In this document: positions 22,351-35,599 of the stretch, piece after piece
Layout: each line of letters opens with the position of its first letter
Position numbering within the stretch: the stretch's first letter is position 1
Source: Gekko japonicus
Taxonomy: Eukaryota
Direction: 5' to 3'
Length of the DNA: 64,000 bases
Assembly: GCF_001447785.1 (NCBI RefSeq)
Contig: NW_015162476.1
Coordinates: forward strand, 1,533,562 to 1,597,561
Translations under genes and position numbers: made by a program
The notes under the pieces: generated by a model
The model's input: the letters and a program-made list of their open reading frames with translations, nothing else
Told to the model about the DNA's origin: nothing
Database searches by the model: none

Positions 22351-23823
22351 GTGTAAAAACACTTGCTGGGCACCAGAAATGGTGTCAGCAGGTGCCCCGG
22401 TGCCTACAGGCACCACATTGGGAACCCCTTTTCTAAAGGTTAGCTGTGTAAGTCTGTTGCAGTATAAGCTGTCGAGTCAGATACGGAGTATATAATCTTT
22501 TTGGAGACATCTGTATAACCAAAATTTTAAATGGGGGCAAGGGGGCAAGAGTGGGAGACTACTTGGCCTAGCCCCCTCATTCCCTGCCACTGTTTGACAG
22601 GCGAGTGGGGGAGAAATGGGGGTGCGATTCACCATTGTACAAATGCAGTGTCACTTTTGGTGTGAAACTGAAAGCGTTGTCATCATATTGGGGCAATGCG
22701 CTAGGATTTACTCAAAACTATGCTTTAACCATAGAAATTTAGGTGACTCCTAGAGTGTTGGCTGGACACGGTGATGTCACTTCTGGTTTCACGCTGCAAG
22801 GGACGTTGTGCCTTTGACTTGACATCACGGCTTGTCTCACCCAAATTCTCCCACCAGGGTGTCAGCTACCGTAGGTAAGGGAAAAGCTGTAGCTTTAGCA
22901 GAGAAATCCTGTTGTAAATCATTCAAGTGTGAATCCCTACAACAGGTATATGTCTGCTACCCTCCACTGCCCACCTACTTGTAATATGACTCCATTCCTT
23001 TAATGGTGTCCCCCAGGTTCAATCTCCAGCATCTCCAATTACAAAGATAAGGTAGTGGGTGATGTGAAAGATCTCTGCTTGAGACCATGGAGAGCCACTG
23101 CTAGTATTGACCTTGAAGGACCAAGGGTTTGATTCAATATAAGGCAGCTTCATGTGTGTTCATGTGTAAAAACACTTGCTGGGCACCAGAAATGGTGTCA
23201 GCAGGTGCCCCGGTGCCTACAGGCACCACATTGGGAACCCCTTTTCTAAAGGTTAGCTGTGTAAGTCTGTTGCAGTATAAGCTGTCGAGTCAGATACGGA
23301 GTATATAATCTTTTTGGAGACATCTGTATAACCAAAATTTTAAATGGGGGCAAGGGGGCAAGAGTGGGAGACTACTTGGCCTAGCCCCCTCATTCCCTGC
23401 CACTGTTTGACAGGCGAGTGGGGGAGAAATGGGGGTGCGATTCACCATTGTACAAATGCAGTGTCACTTTTGGTGTGAAACTGAAAGCGTTGTCATCATA
23501 TTGGGGCAATGCGCTAGGATTTACTCAAAACTATGCTTTAACCATAGAAATTTAAGTGACTCCTAGAGTGTTGGCTGGACACGGTGATGTCACTTCTGGT
23601 TTCACGCTGCAAGGGACGTTGTGCCTTTGACTTGACATCACGGCTTGTCTCACCCAAATTCTCCCACCAGGGTGTCAGCTACCGTAGGTAAGGGGAAAGC
23701 TGAAGCTTTAGCAGAGAAATCCTGTTGTAAATTATTCAAGTGTGAATTCCTACAACAGGTACATGTCTGCTACCCTCCACTGCCCATCTGCCTATAATAT
23801 GACTCCATTCCTTTGATGGTGTC
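22199..23823. repeat. ~812-bp tandem duplication (22199-23010 / 23012-23823)
   Basis: Direct comparison gives an offset of 813 and near-identical copies. Confidence 0.95.
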
Positions 23824-26800
23824 GCTCATGGAAGTTTATGTAAAAATAAAATTGATTTAGTCTTTAGATCCTAAAAACCCCATGAACCTCAAGTTGAAAG
23901 AATCTGACTAAGAAACTACAATATGCATCCTGTGTTTCATCCATCTGCTGAACTGAATTGAGGCTTCATTTGTTATTGCAGAATCCAGTGTTGTTTTTTT
24001 AAGGGGCCGCTCTACTTCGTGGTTGCCTGCTGTCTCTTGAAAGTCTAGCAACTTTTACCATTGTCAGCTTTTGGTATCTTAAGTGCAATGTTAAGAGAGG
24101 AAATCCTTGTGTGTCATGTCACGTTTGCTTCCTTAACGTGATATGGCTTTTTGTCCAACAAAGAACAAGATTCTCTCCCCTGTTGCATTAAACTTTTCTG
24201 AAATGTCTTCGTATCACATTATGTAGTGCAACAGAGTGTAAAGCAACCTCTTGACACTTGCTTTAGTTTTGTCAAGTTCTGTTTGCAAATTCAAAGGTAC
24301 CCGACATAAATAGCTGTCAACGCTTACTTATTACAGCAGCAGCATTCCACAACAAGAGTTTGGGTACATGGCAAGTGCTCAAGTCTTATCTGTAACGCTA
24401 CTGCAATTGTTTCTCTTCCTGTGAGTTTTCACAGGAAATCTAATCGTGCCACTCAAGATACAATTGCCTGGTTGCCAGAACAAGACAGCTGGGGAGTGAT
24501 ACCACCCATGTGCTTAGTGGCCTTGACCCTACAGAGCTGAAGCAAATGGAAGGGCCAGTCTTGTTCCTTTTCAAACCATATGATGTAGGGGCTCAATGGC
24601 CCAATCTGCATCTAGCATTTGCTCTGCTGTTTTGACAAACCCACGCTGGAACAGAAATTCCCCTCTACATTGCAGGCCACTTTCACTTTGATTGATCATC
24701 GGATTTTATGGCAGTGTCCAGACTGCATGCCGCTTTCACTTCGTTTGATCTCTTGGTTTTGTGGTAGCCGTCTGCATAGATTTATGGCTGTTTTATGGCC
24801 ATTGGGGGATGTCTCTGCAGTCAGTACAACATTGGCCCAGGGTATTTGAATGTGGTTTTCAGCCGCATCTTTTTCTGTTCCAATGTGGGTTTAGTAAAAC
24901 AGCAAATTCTAGATGTAGATCGGGCCAATGAGTGGTGCCCCAAACTGAGCAGGATGGTGAAAGGAAAGGCAAAACAATAATTAAAAGGAAAATCAAATTA
25001 TTAAAAGATTGCAGAAGTGTTTACCATATTCATTCTGAAGATGCATCAGTAGAGTAGAAAAATTAACCATGCTTGCTGTGTCTTTCATTGGATCAGCTGT
25101 GCCTCTTTCAAACAGCCTCTGCGATCCTTTTTAGCTGCCATTTGGTAATTTTTTTAAATGTCATTTCAAACAGTTTGGGGGCCCAGCTGCTAATGGATTT
25201 TTTTTAACCCTCTCATACAATTGTGTCTCATTTGCAAAGCAGGGCTGAGTGTTTTTTTGTTTTAAAATTCCTCCCCCCCCCCCATTCTCAGGTGTTCTTT
25301 GTGCTTCTGAATCTCCATAGTGTGGTGTTTGAAATGTCTGTGGCACTTCTGAAAGTGCTGCTTTCAGCACTTTTTGGTGACTAAAGGGAACCTCCATGTT
25401 CAGAGGCAGTCAACCTCTGAATCCAAGTACCAGGGGGCAATATCAGGGGAAGGCCTCAGCCTCTATTCCCTGTCGTTGGACCTCCAGAGGAACTGGTTAG
25501 CCACTGTATGAGACAGGATGCTGGACTAGATGGACCACTGGTCTGATCCTGCAGGGCTCTTCTTATGTTTTTGTGCTTTCTCCCTCTATTTCAGCTTTTT
25601 AAAAACATTCAAATGTTTGCACTGTAGCGCTAGACCGGTACAGCAATTCAATGCTTTATTGACAGCGTCCAGATATTGCAGCTGTCATTAAATTGCTATG
25701 TTGGTCTAAAAGGCCAAAATAGGACATGCTGTGGAAAAGGGCAGGGGGGAAATGTGTGTGGTTTGAAAAGGGAAGAGCACTTCAGACATGGTTCATAGAT
25801 GGATTTAAATATACTGTCTGAAACCTCTGTCCCTGTGTCACTTTACAAGGAATCAGATGAGCAATTGATAACAACCAGTTTATAACGACAATGTGACAAG
25901 AATCTTTGGATTCTAGAACAGTATTTCTATTATTCTGTGCTACAATGTAACACTTCTGATCACTGTACCTCGAAAAGGACATTGCAGAGCTAGAAAAAAA
26001 TACAGAAGAGGGCAACCAAGATGATTAAGGAGTTTGAACGTCTTTCCTATGAGGAAATGCTAAAATGACTGGACTTTTTAGTTCAGAATAAAGATGACTG
26101 GCGGGCATGATAGAGATTTATAAAATTATGCTTAGGGGAGAGAGAGTGGCTAGAGAGAACTTATTCTTCCTCTCCCCAAATACCAGAGCTTGGGAGCACC
26201 CAACGAAGTTGATAGGCAATCAATTCAGGATGGACAAAATGAAATACTTCTTAATTCAATGAGTGAGTAAATATGAAATTCACTGCCAGAGAAGGTAGTG
26301 ATGGCACAGATTGCTTTAAAAGAGGATTTGATACATTCATGGAGGACAGGTCCATCAGTGGCTAATAGCCCTGGCAACTAAATGGAACCTCTGCATTCAG
26401 AGGCAGAAAACTTCTGAATACCAGTGCTAGGCAACATCAGGGGAGGGCCTTGGCCTCTGTGCCTTGCTGTTGGCTCTCTAGAGGATCTAGTTGACCACTG
26501 TGTGAGACAGGGTGCTGGACTAGATGGACCACTTGTCTAATCCAGCAAGGTTCTTCTTATGTTCTTGGTGTCTTCCAGCATCTTCAAGACTTGACATTGT
26601 TTGGATTCAACCCGTCATAATTCCCATCAATCTCAGGCTGCAATACTAAAGATGATTTTTTGGGAGTAAGCCTCCTGGAATAGTATGGGACTTCTGAGTA
26701 GAGCTGCTTTATTTGTAAGCTGTTTTAGAAAAAATATTTTAATTAAACATCATATGGTAATTTTTTAATACGATCAACATGTGACTGGAAAGTAGTAAAA

Positions 26801-26989
26801 CTGATAAGGATGGTCATTAAATGTCTGCATTGCCACAAAACAGCCCAATCCCATCTGTGTTTCCTCTGGAGTAAGTGTGTATAAGATTGCAGCCTGCTCC
26901 TATGCAGAATTAGTAGCACTGCCAGGTGCTCAGGATCCCAAACCCTGAAGCTCATGAGGTGGAGCCTGGGGAGGTCACATTGAAAAATA

Positions 26990-27677
26990 CTTATTTGTTT
27001 ATTTAAAATATTCATATGCCCACCTTTTTTCAGAGCATCTCAGGACCCAAGGCAGGTAACAAGAATATTATAAATCAAATGTTAAAAACAACAGATATAA
27101 AACCAGTGTAAAAATACCTTATTCCCCCCGCCAGCAGGTATTTCCCCTTCCCAAGGCTTAGACTGTCCCCAAAGTTCTCAGGAGCAGCTGCGTTTTGTAG
27201 CCTCACTGGAAAGCCAGAAGGTGGTAGCCCCCTTTGTGTGGAAGCCCCCCCACCCCTCAACATCTTCCAGGAGGCTGTTCCAAAGGCGTGGAGCAGCCTT
27301 TAAAAACGTTGACGCCTGAACTGTTATTAAACATGCCTCAGACTAGGGAAGGTACTTACTGATAGTAGACCATGCTGTGAAGAATGAAATTGCTGCACAG
27401 AAGCATGCAGGGAGAGGTGGTTCTTCAAGCAGACAGGTCCCAGGTCCCAGGTCATGAAGTACTTTAAAGCTAAGCACTAGCACCTTGTATTGGACTCAGA
27501 AACTAATTGGAAGGCAGTGAAAGGACCTCGAGATAGGAGTACAATGTCCCAGCTAGTTAGCCCCAGACAACCAAGAGACTGCTGTGTTTTGCTCCAGTTG
27601 TAGTTTCTGGATTGTCTTTAAAGGCTGTCCCATATAGCCTGAAGGTTATTGGACCACGAGCCAGTGTGGCCAGATTA
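26990..27677 (-). mobile_element. L2 LINE 3' fragment
   Basis: Reverse complement gives LATL...HCLPISF-type L2 ORF2 end and a tail ending ggcatatgaat...aaataaacaaataa. Similar to the + strand copy at ~37150-37600. Confidence 0.6.
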
Positions 27678-27972
27678 AAAGGTAAAGGTTTCCCTTGCTC
27701 GAAAGCTAGTCAAATCAAATTCTAGAGGGTGGTGCTCATCTGTTTCCAAGCTGAAGAGCCAGCGCTGTCCAAAGATGTTTCCGTGGTTATGTGGCCAGCA
27801 TAACTAAATGCAAAGGCACATGGAATGCTGTTATTTCCCTATTTATCTACTCCAATTTCTTGCTTTCAAACTGCTAGGTTGGCAGGAACTGGGGCAAGAG
27901 ATGGGAGCTCACTCCATCATGCGGCACTAGGGTCTCGAACTGCCGAACTACAGACCTTCCGGTCTGCAGCTC
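27677..27972 (-). mobile_element. Sauria SINE (5' truncated, internally deleted)
   Basis: aaaggtaaaggtttcccttgctcgaaagc... same family as 8234. Confidence 0.85.
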
Positions 27973-30034
27973 AGGTGTCAGTAAATAGGGGACCAGCTTC
28001 TGAATTAGATGTAGGGGCTGCCAATAATCTGGAGGAAAAAATGTCTTGCCCCTTTAATAGAGGCTTTATGTGTGGAAATGTGCAGATGAAGCTTTGGAAC
28101 TGGTGAGTGGTATTGAGCTAGGCAACCTCTGCATTTCTTGTTGACTCAGCTCTGGCAACGTTAATAAAAGGATGAGACATCCCGGGGGGATGTGGACCCC
28201 AGCACTGGGGCTTCACACGGGCATTGTGCAATGCTGTGGCGTCACTTCTGGTTGGGTACCAGAAGTGATGTCACAGCATGGCACGATGTTCTAGCAAATT
28301 CCATGACATCACGTCTGGGTTTGCAACTGGAAATGATGTCCTGGTGCTATAAGACACCCATTTACAGAGTCTCTGCCCTCCAAATGCTCCTGGATCCACA
28401 GGGCCATTTCAGGTTGAGAAAATGGTACGTAGTAAGGGCTCAAGCCCTTCTCCTCACTGCCTTGATCTGAATCTGACCCCCACACACACATACACCTGGG
28501 GATTCACTTCTGAACGTAGACTTGGCAGAGCATGTCTGATCGCATCTGTGTGATTAGGTCCTTACCATGTCATTGTTAGAAATGAAAACTAAGGTGAAAA
28601 AGACACAGATTACGGTAGTTTGCTTTCTTTGTAATGTATGCAGTCAGAGAATTTCTGTCCCCTGAAATAGCAACTCAGGGCTAACTGAATAGAGAAGGAA
28701 ACCAGAGAAGTCTTCAAAACAGATGGTAGCTAAAGTCCTTTCCAGAGCTTTAGCTTTCAAGGTCTGAAATACAATTGACACTGACAGTTACGTGTGCTTG
28801 CGAAACCCAGATTATTTTGGCTAAGGGAGCTATTTTTTTCTCTGTCACTCATAGAAACCCAAGGCCTATTTCTCATTGGGGTAGGCTGTATCAGTTTGGA
28901 CTACTGCTCTCATGAGGGAATGCTTCTTCAACGTTGTGTACAGTAGAAACAACAACAGAATTTTTGGAAAAAGGGATAGATTTGGAAACCCTTCTCCTTG
29001 GCATGCTAATTTGGTATATGGAGGATATTTTTTTTTATGTGAAGAAGCTTTAGTCATACAAACTTCCACACCTGCTGAATGAAGTGAAACATCCTAGACA
29101 GGTTACCTCAGTGTGAACTGGGGGGGGGGAGGGATAAATGTTATGTGCAGTTCTATGATCCTTTCCCCAAAAAATTGCTAAAAAAAAAGAATGCAGCCAC
29201 TGGATCTATAAGCTAAAGGGGAAAGATGATGTAATGGGAAAGGGGCCTAGTTAACCCTTTGCCTCATTTTCACACTAAAATCACCCACCAAGATTTTACC
29301 TCCACAACAAATACATGCATTTTCCCCAGCATGGAATAAAAAAGCTTAAAATTGCACTTTTCAGTACAGCAAAGTTAGAATAAGGCTGGTAAAGTAACCA
29401 ACTTTAGTGGGTGGCCTATCACCAGTCACCGTAGTCCCCTGCCAATGCTCCATATGGTAGAGGGAAACAATACGGGGAGTGAAATGGCATCTGTCAACAC
29501 CATAATATCACTTCTGGATGCATAAGTGGAAGTGACATCACTGTGCTGCAGGTTGCTCTAGAATTCATCTAAAACTGCATGATTTACCATAGAGCTTCAA
29601 GTGAATGCCATAGCGTCTTGGGACAGGGTGATGTCACTTCTGGTTATACAGCCAGAAGTGACATCATGGCATTGATGGATGCTATTTATGTAAGTCCCAC
29701 TGTTCTCAGTCTCCCAGAGTTGCCAGTGTTAGAACGGCCCTCTTCCCACATGCCAGTCTCCCTGTTGAAACAGCTACCCCAGCATCTAAACTTGGCTTTA
29801 ACAAAGGGGACCACGGAACTATTTGAAACATGCAGTTCTCCTCCCTGGGCTGTAGAGAGAAAAATAAAGCAGAGACAATTGCACACCTCCTACAAACAGC
29901 CACTGAAGTTAGGGCTCACAAACTATAATGGCTTTAGTGTGTACACTGAATGCAGGAAGAAAAATCATAGTAATAAACGCTAGGAGGATATCACCAACGG
30001 CAGGGGGGGAGAAAGATGGCCAGTATATAAAGTG

Positions 30035-30501
30035 CAGGGGTCATTTAGTAGAAAAAGAGCTAGGGGAACTCATTAGCATAACTCATTAGCATATGCCACA
30101 CACCCTGACATCACTGGAAGTGTGTCATAAGGCCACACCTCCTGACATCACTGGAAATGTGTCATAAGGCCACAAACCCCGCCCCCAACGGTCCCGGCCG
30201 CCGGTGCCGGCTTTGCAGCTCCACTGCCAAGCCCATGAGGGGCCCGGCGGTGGACCTGCAAGGCCGGCGGGAGTGCAAGGAAGCCCCGCGAAGGCCCTCC
30301 CTGGCCCCAGGCAGATAGGGGTGGGGAGAGGCAGGGAGGAAGCAACTTACCCTCCCTCTTCTCCTGCCTCCTCCTGGCTGAATGAGGGCTGGAAGCGGGG
30401 TGGCCGGAAGCAGGGGGCTGGGCTTCGTCATGTGCCCCGCCCCTCCGTACCTCACCAGGGGGAACTGCGTTCCCCCGCGTTCCCCCCCGAAATGACCTCT
30501 G
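30035..30501. mobile_element. hAT MITE with GC-rich interior
   Basis: TIRs CAGGGGTCATTT ... AAATGACCTCTG with partly matching flanks (ataaagtg / gataagtg). Internal repeat ccacac..ctgacatcactggaa.tgtgtcataaggccaca. Confidence 0.8.
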
Positions 30502-30537
30502 GATAAGTGTAGTTTTAAAAAATGTAGAGCAGAGGTA

Positions 30538-31222
30538 AGGTTTCCCTTGCTCAAAAGCTAGTCAAATCTGACTCTAGGGGGCGGCGCTCATCTCCGTTTC
30601 CAAGCTAAAGAGCCATTGCTGCCCGAAGACGTTTCCGTGGTCATGTGGCCAGCATGACTAAATGCAGAGGTGCACAGACCGCTGTTACCTTCCCACCGAA
30701 GCAGTACCTATTTATCTACTTGCAATTTTTTGCTTTCAAACTGCTAGGTTGGCAGGAGCTGGGGCCAGAGACGTGGGCTCATTCTGTCATGTGGCACACT
30801 CGGGTCTCAAACTGCCAAGCTACAGACCTTCCAGTCTGCAGATTCAGCATCTTAACCTCTGAGACACTGTGTGTTAAGTATGACACGTAACTCGGAGGAA
30901 CAGTTCAACAAGTGATTTCAGCTTTATTCAGTGAGAATAGCATAAAGGCTCAGCCTTGTAAGGACTAGACCAGCTAGACAATTTCCATAAGCAAAATGGC
31001 AACTTATATACAATTCTGGCTGGGATAGCCACACCTACAATGTTTTACAACAACCAATCACATTAGGTATGTTACATCCAATCACAATCAATACATAATG
31101 TCCAATCAAAACCATTCCCTCCAGAATGCACACCATTGGTCAGTATTTACAATCCGCATAATGAGTGAAGCTAGATTAGGCTTTTACTATTATGTCTCTC
31201 AAGACATAACACTGTGGCCCCA
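30538..31222 (-). mobile_element. Sauria SINE interrupted near its 5' end by a solo LTR
   Basis: 13-bp TSD tagagcagaggta at 30525-30537 and 31223-31235 brackets SINE plus LTR. Confidence 0.9.
30872..31211 (-). mobile_element. 340-bp solo LTR
   Basis: TGTTA...TAACA termini, perfect 5-bp TSD CTGTG (30867-30871 / 31212-31216), and minus-strand TATA-like and AATAAA signals. Confidence 0.85.
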
Positions 31223-32524
31223 TAGAGCAGAGGTAGGCAGCCTAAAAAAATGCTGGGGGGGGGGGAATACAACATCTACCTATGAAGAAGTTGGTGTGCC
31301 AGCAAATAAAATGTGGGGAGAGGGAGGAGATAAAGGTTGTACTTGGCCAGACATGTTTGGAGCAGGCCAAGCCCCAGCTGTGCTGCCAGCATCTCAGGGA
31401 TTCGCCTGGGACTCTGCCGGGAGTTGCGCAGACTAGGAGGTGATGACAGGCATATGCCATACCCATATTGCCTTCTCTGGCACCGCTGGCCTCAGAAATG
31501 CTGCCAATGCCTCCATTGCCTGGGCAATAATCTGACCTGGGTGCCAAGCAAAATGGTCTGGTGTGCTGCTCTTGGCACCCAGGTTGGGGGTTGCCTATCC
31601 CGATGCAGAGTTTAATTAATTAAAACCATGTGAGTCTTTATTACTGTTCCTGTTTCTCCTTCATGGTATTATGTTTCCATCATCTATATGCACCCAGTGT
31701 TCCTGCTAATCCTTTCAACCTGTTTAACGAATGTTAGCCATTTCTGGAGGGATTTTACCTAGCCTGCCTTTGAATTCTCTCTGGCCAGATGGCTGTCGGG
31801 CTGCTCGGCCACTACCATTGGCAAGAGCTGGATACATGGAGCTGCGTTCACAAACTGAAACTCTGGGGGATAATTAAACCTCCATTTTTCTCTGTTTGAG
31901 AGCCACATGGTTAAATTTCCTTGCATGCTTATTTGGGAGGACACCTGACAGGTAACAGCCAGCCTAAAGGCAATTCAATTCAAACAAGTGAGCAGGATTC
32001 TACTTAAGAAATTAAAAGTAATACAATATTAAGAGGCTGCAGAGCATTTTTGGAAAGTGTTTCTGGGCAGAAGAAGCATATGTTTAGGAAATATTTTAAT
32101 GTGGCAAAGTTGTCAGGGGAAAAAGCCTTGGAAAAGCCAAGTATAGCTTTTTGCCTAAGCAAGCCAAGACCATACTTTAAAAAAGAATAAATGAAACTGA
32201 AAAAGTGTTTCAGAGTCTCATTTTTAGTGTAGTAACAGGACTTGCTGCAGTACTGGAGTTAAGTAGAAACCTCAAGGAAATCACAAGACAGAAGGCCTCC
32301 ATTATCAGGGCTGAGGGAAAGTATTAAGAATTGCCAATTCTGCTGGGTTGGGACATTCCTGAAGATTTGGAGGATGGATCCCAGAGAAGGTGGAGTTTGG
32401 GGAGGGGGAGGTTATTCCATAGAGTCCACCATCCAAAGCAGCCATTTTCTCCAGAGGAAGTGATCTGTATAGCCTGGAGATCAGTTGTAATACCTAGATA
32501 GAGGGATAGGCACAAACCAGAAAA

Positions 32525-34297
32525 CTCATCAAGCCCATGGATTATTATCCCTTCTTGCTCATCCACATGGGAACAAATGATACCGCCCAGCACAGCCCAG
32601 AACGTATTAAAAGACAGTATGTGGCTCTGGGTAAAAAGGTGAAGGAATTGGGAGTGCAAGTTGTATTCTCGTCAGTTCTTCCTGTCGAAGGCAATAGCTT
32701 AGGAAGGGAAAGAATACTGCAGATCAATGACTGGCTATGTAGATGGTGTCTTCAGGAAAGGTTTGGATTTTTGGACCATGGCTTATGCTTTCGAGATGAA
32801 GCTCTTCTATCAGGATATGGTTTGCACCTCACGAGGGTGTGTTTGGAAACAGCCTTGCAAACCCAATAAGGAGAGCTTTAAACTAAATCCTGTGGGGGAG
32901 TGAAACAAAAGTGCAAAGCCCAGTACGATGCCCAGTAACTGGAGATAAGTTTTGCGGGGAGTGGCACGTATGCTAGATAACATTAACTCACATGTAAGTA
33001 CAGAAACGAAAACCTCAGGGTACATAAAACATGGATTCCGATGTCTCTACACTAATGCACAGAGCATGAGAAACAAGCAGGAGGAACTTGAAGTCCTAAT
33101 ACAGGAAGGAGACTATGACTTAATAGGCATTACTGAAACTTGGTGGGATGACACTACAATTGGAATATTAGGATTGAGGGGTATCACTTATTTAAAAGGG
33201 ACAGACAAATAAGGAAGGGTGGAGGAGTTGCATTATATGTAAGGGAGGTATATACTTGTGAGGAAATACATGAATCTGAGCATGAAAGTCCAGTTGAGAG
33301 TTTCTGGGTAGAAATAAAAGGAGTAAGAAATAATAGTGATATTATGGTGGGGGTCTGCTATAGACCACCAAGCCAGACAGAGGGTTTGGATGAGACACTC
33401 CTAGAACACATTACAAAGTTCTCAAAGAGATGGGACATGGTGGTTGTGGGAGACTTCAAATACCCAGATATCTGTTGGAAGTCCAGTTCTGCTGGCTTTC
33501 TCGTACATGTAACTAGGAAAAACACAACAGGACTTTATCAGCTGCTCTTAAGTTTCCAGATCACGTGAAGTGATCACTCTGTTCTGGTTAGACCTCATCT
33601 AGAGTACTGTGTTAAGTTTGGGGCACCACAATTTAAGAAGGACATAGAAAAGCTGGAATGAGTCCAGAGGAGGGCAATGAAGGTGAGGGGTCTAGAGACT
33701 AAGTCCTATGAGGAAAGGTTGAAGGACCTGGGTATGGTTAGCCTGGAGAGAAGATGACTGAGAGGTGATATGATAACCATTAAAGGGCTGTCATATAGAG
33801 GATGGTGCAGAGTTTTCTGTTGCCGCAGAAGATCGGACCAGAACCAATGGGTTGAAATTAAATCAGAAGAGTTTTCAGCTAAACATTAGGAAGAACTTCC
33901 TGATAGAGCAGTTCCTCAGTGGAACAGGCTTCTTCGGGAGGTGGTGGGCTCTCCTTCTTTAGAGGTTTTCAAACAGAGGTGATGGTCATCTGACAGCAAT
34001 ATGGATTCTGTGAACCTAGGCAGATCATGAGAGGGAGGGCAGGGAGGGTTGACTCAGTGCTTAGTTCTTGTGGCCTTTCTTACACGCCCAGGGAAATGCT
34101 GATTGCCAATTTGGGGTCAGGAAGCAATTTTTCTCCAGACCAGTTTGGTTGGAGATCCTGGAGGTTTTTCTGTCATCGTTGGGTGTGGAACAGTGGTCAC
34201 TGCATGTGTGGAGGGGGAGGTACTTGTGAATTTCCTGCATTGTGAAGGGGGTTGGACTAGATGACCCCAGAGATCCCTTCCAACTCTATTATTCTAT
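32525..34297 (+). mobile_element. CR1 LINE with an internal deletion: ORF1 esterase part, ORF2 endonuclease start, RT C-terminus and 3' UTR
   Basis: LLIHMGTNDTA...VVFSSVLPV...FGFLDHG...GLHLT (SGNH ORF1); CLYTNAQSMRNKQEELE..DLIGITETWWD, VGVCYRPP and GDFKYPDICW (APE); LVRPHLEYC; tail ccttccaactctattattctat. Confidence 0.93.
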
Positions 34298-35599
34298 GAG
34301 GTTTTGGTTTGTGGTGTGTGCAGTTCATGAACTATGGACCATCATGACCTTTTTTGCACTAGACAAAGCAGTGCAGTTCATGTAGTTCATGATGCAGTCG
34401 AATGGCCCCCCAGTGTGCTAGAGACACCAAACTTGTAGGGGATCTCCAGATGACTCTTCTCTATCTGCCTTCCAAGTGATTGGATTTACAGGATCTGAGT
34501 TACACCCCCCCCCAGAAGGAGCCCCCAGGAAATTGCTTTCTGGGGAAATGACAGGCACAGGTTCAGGAGTGTATAGAACGGACCCTGCGCAAGCAAGAGA
34601 CACCATCTCACAGCCAATCTCTGACTGGCTCTCCTCTACCTGCCCTCCAAGTTTGGTGAGGATTGGATTTATGGTGTTTAGTGGTGTGCACATTTCTCCC
34701 CCCCCCCAGAAGGTGCCCCATCCTCCATTGTTTCCGATGGACTACGGTCAAACCAGAGAATTTCTGCAGTAGAAACTTAAGGTGGGGGTCATTTTTGCAA
34801 CCCCAGCAGAACCAGTGCAATGTGCCAAGCACAACCAGTGCAACTTTGGCACTGCAAACTCAACAGGACTAAGGGCAAGCTAGGATAATGCTCCTCTACA
34901 ATCTCTCCAAGTTGGGGGTAGGTTACATTTCTGGGGTTATGGACCCCCTCCCCAAAGGTCTCTCCAGTGCTCTCACTGGAAAAGATAGCTGCAGTTACAG
35001 GAGTCTATGGAACGGCTGAAGAACAAGCCAATGACACCAAACTCACAGGGAAACTTTACCTGGGCAGACCCCCCCAGTGGAAGCAAAGGACACATCTCCC
35101 CTATGTTTGCAGCCCCCCCAAACCTCCAAAGGCAGTTTCTGAAGGACAGAAAGGCAGACATCCCCAGAGTTTCAACAGGGGCTCCCCAAAGTTACCCTAT
35201 GACAGCTTGGTGGGCACCACAGCCCCACCAGACCAGTAGAAATCAGAGTTTTCCACTTTAACTGATTAGTGATGCCACCCATGACAGAAAAACAGACATC
35301 CAACAGGACAGGGGCTCCCCAAAGTAATCCCATGACAGCTTGGCAGGCAGGGCACCCCAGATCAGTAGAAATCAGATTTTTCTATTTAAAGTGAACATGA
35401 GGTAGGTGTTGCATTATGAGCTAGATGTTGTTGTTTCATGAGGTAGGTGCTGGGTGAGGGAGCCCACCTCCACCCAGCAGAGGTGGCCATCCTTCCATCC
35501 AAGCACCAAGGGCTCTCACAGGCCACAGGCCAGATCACCCAATGAGGAGGAGGAGGAGGAATGGGGGGACACACAGGGGAAAACAGGACCTGTGAGGGC

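Larger units (their letters stand above)
21175..22430 (+). mobile_element. hAT MITE with nested CR1 3' end and tRNA SINE
   Basis: TIRs CAGGGATCCCCAA ... TTGGGAACCCCTT and a perfect 8-bp TSD TTCTAAAG (21167-21174 / 22431-22438). Confidence 0.88.
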
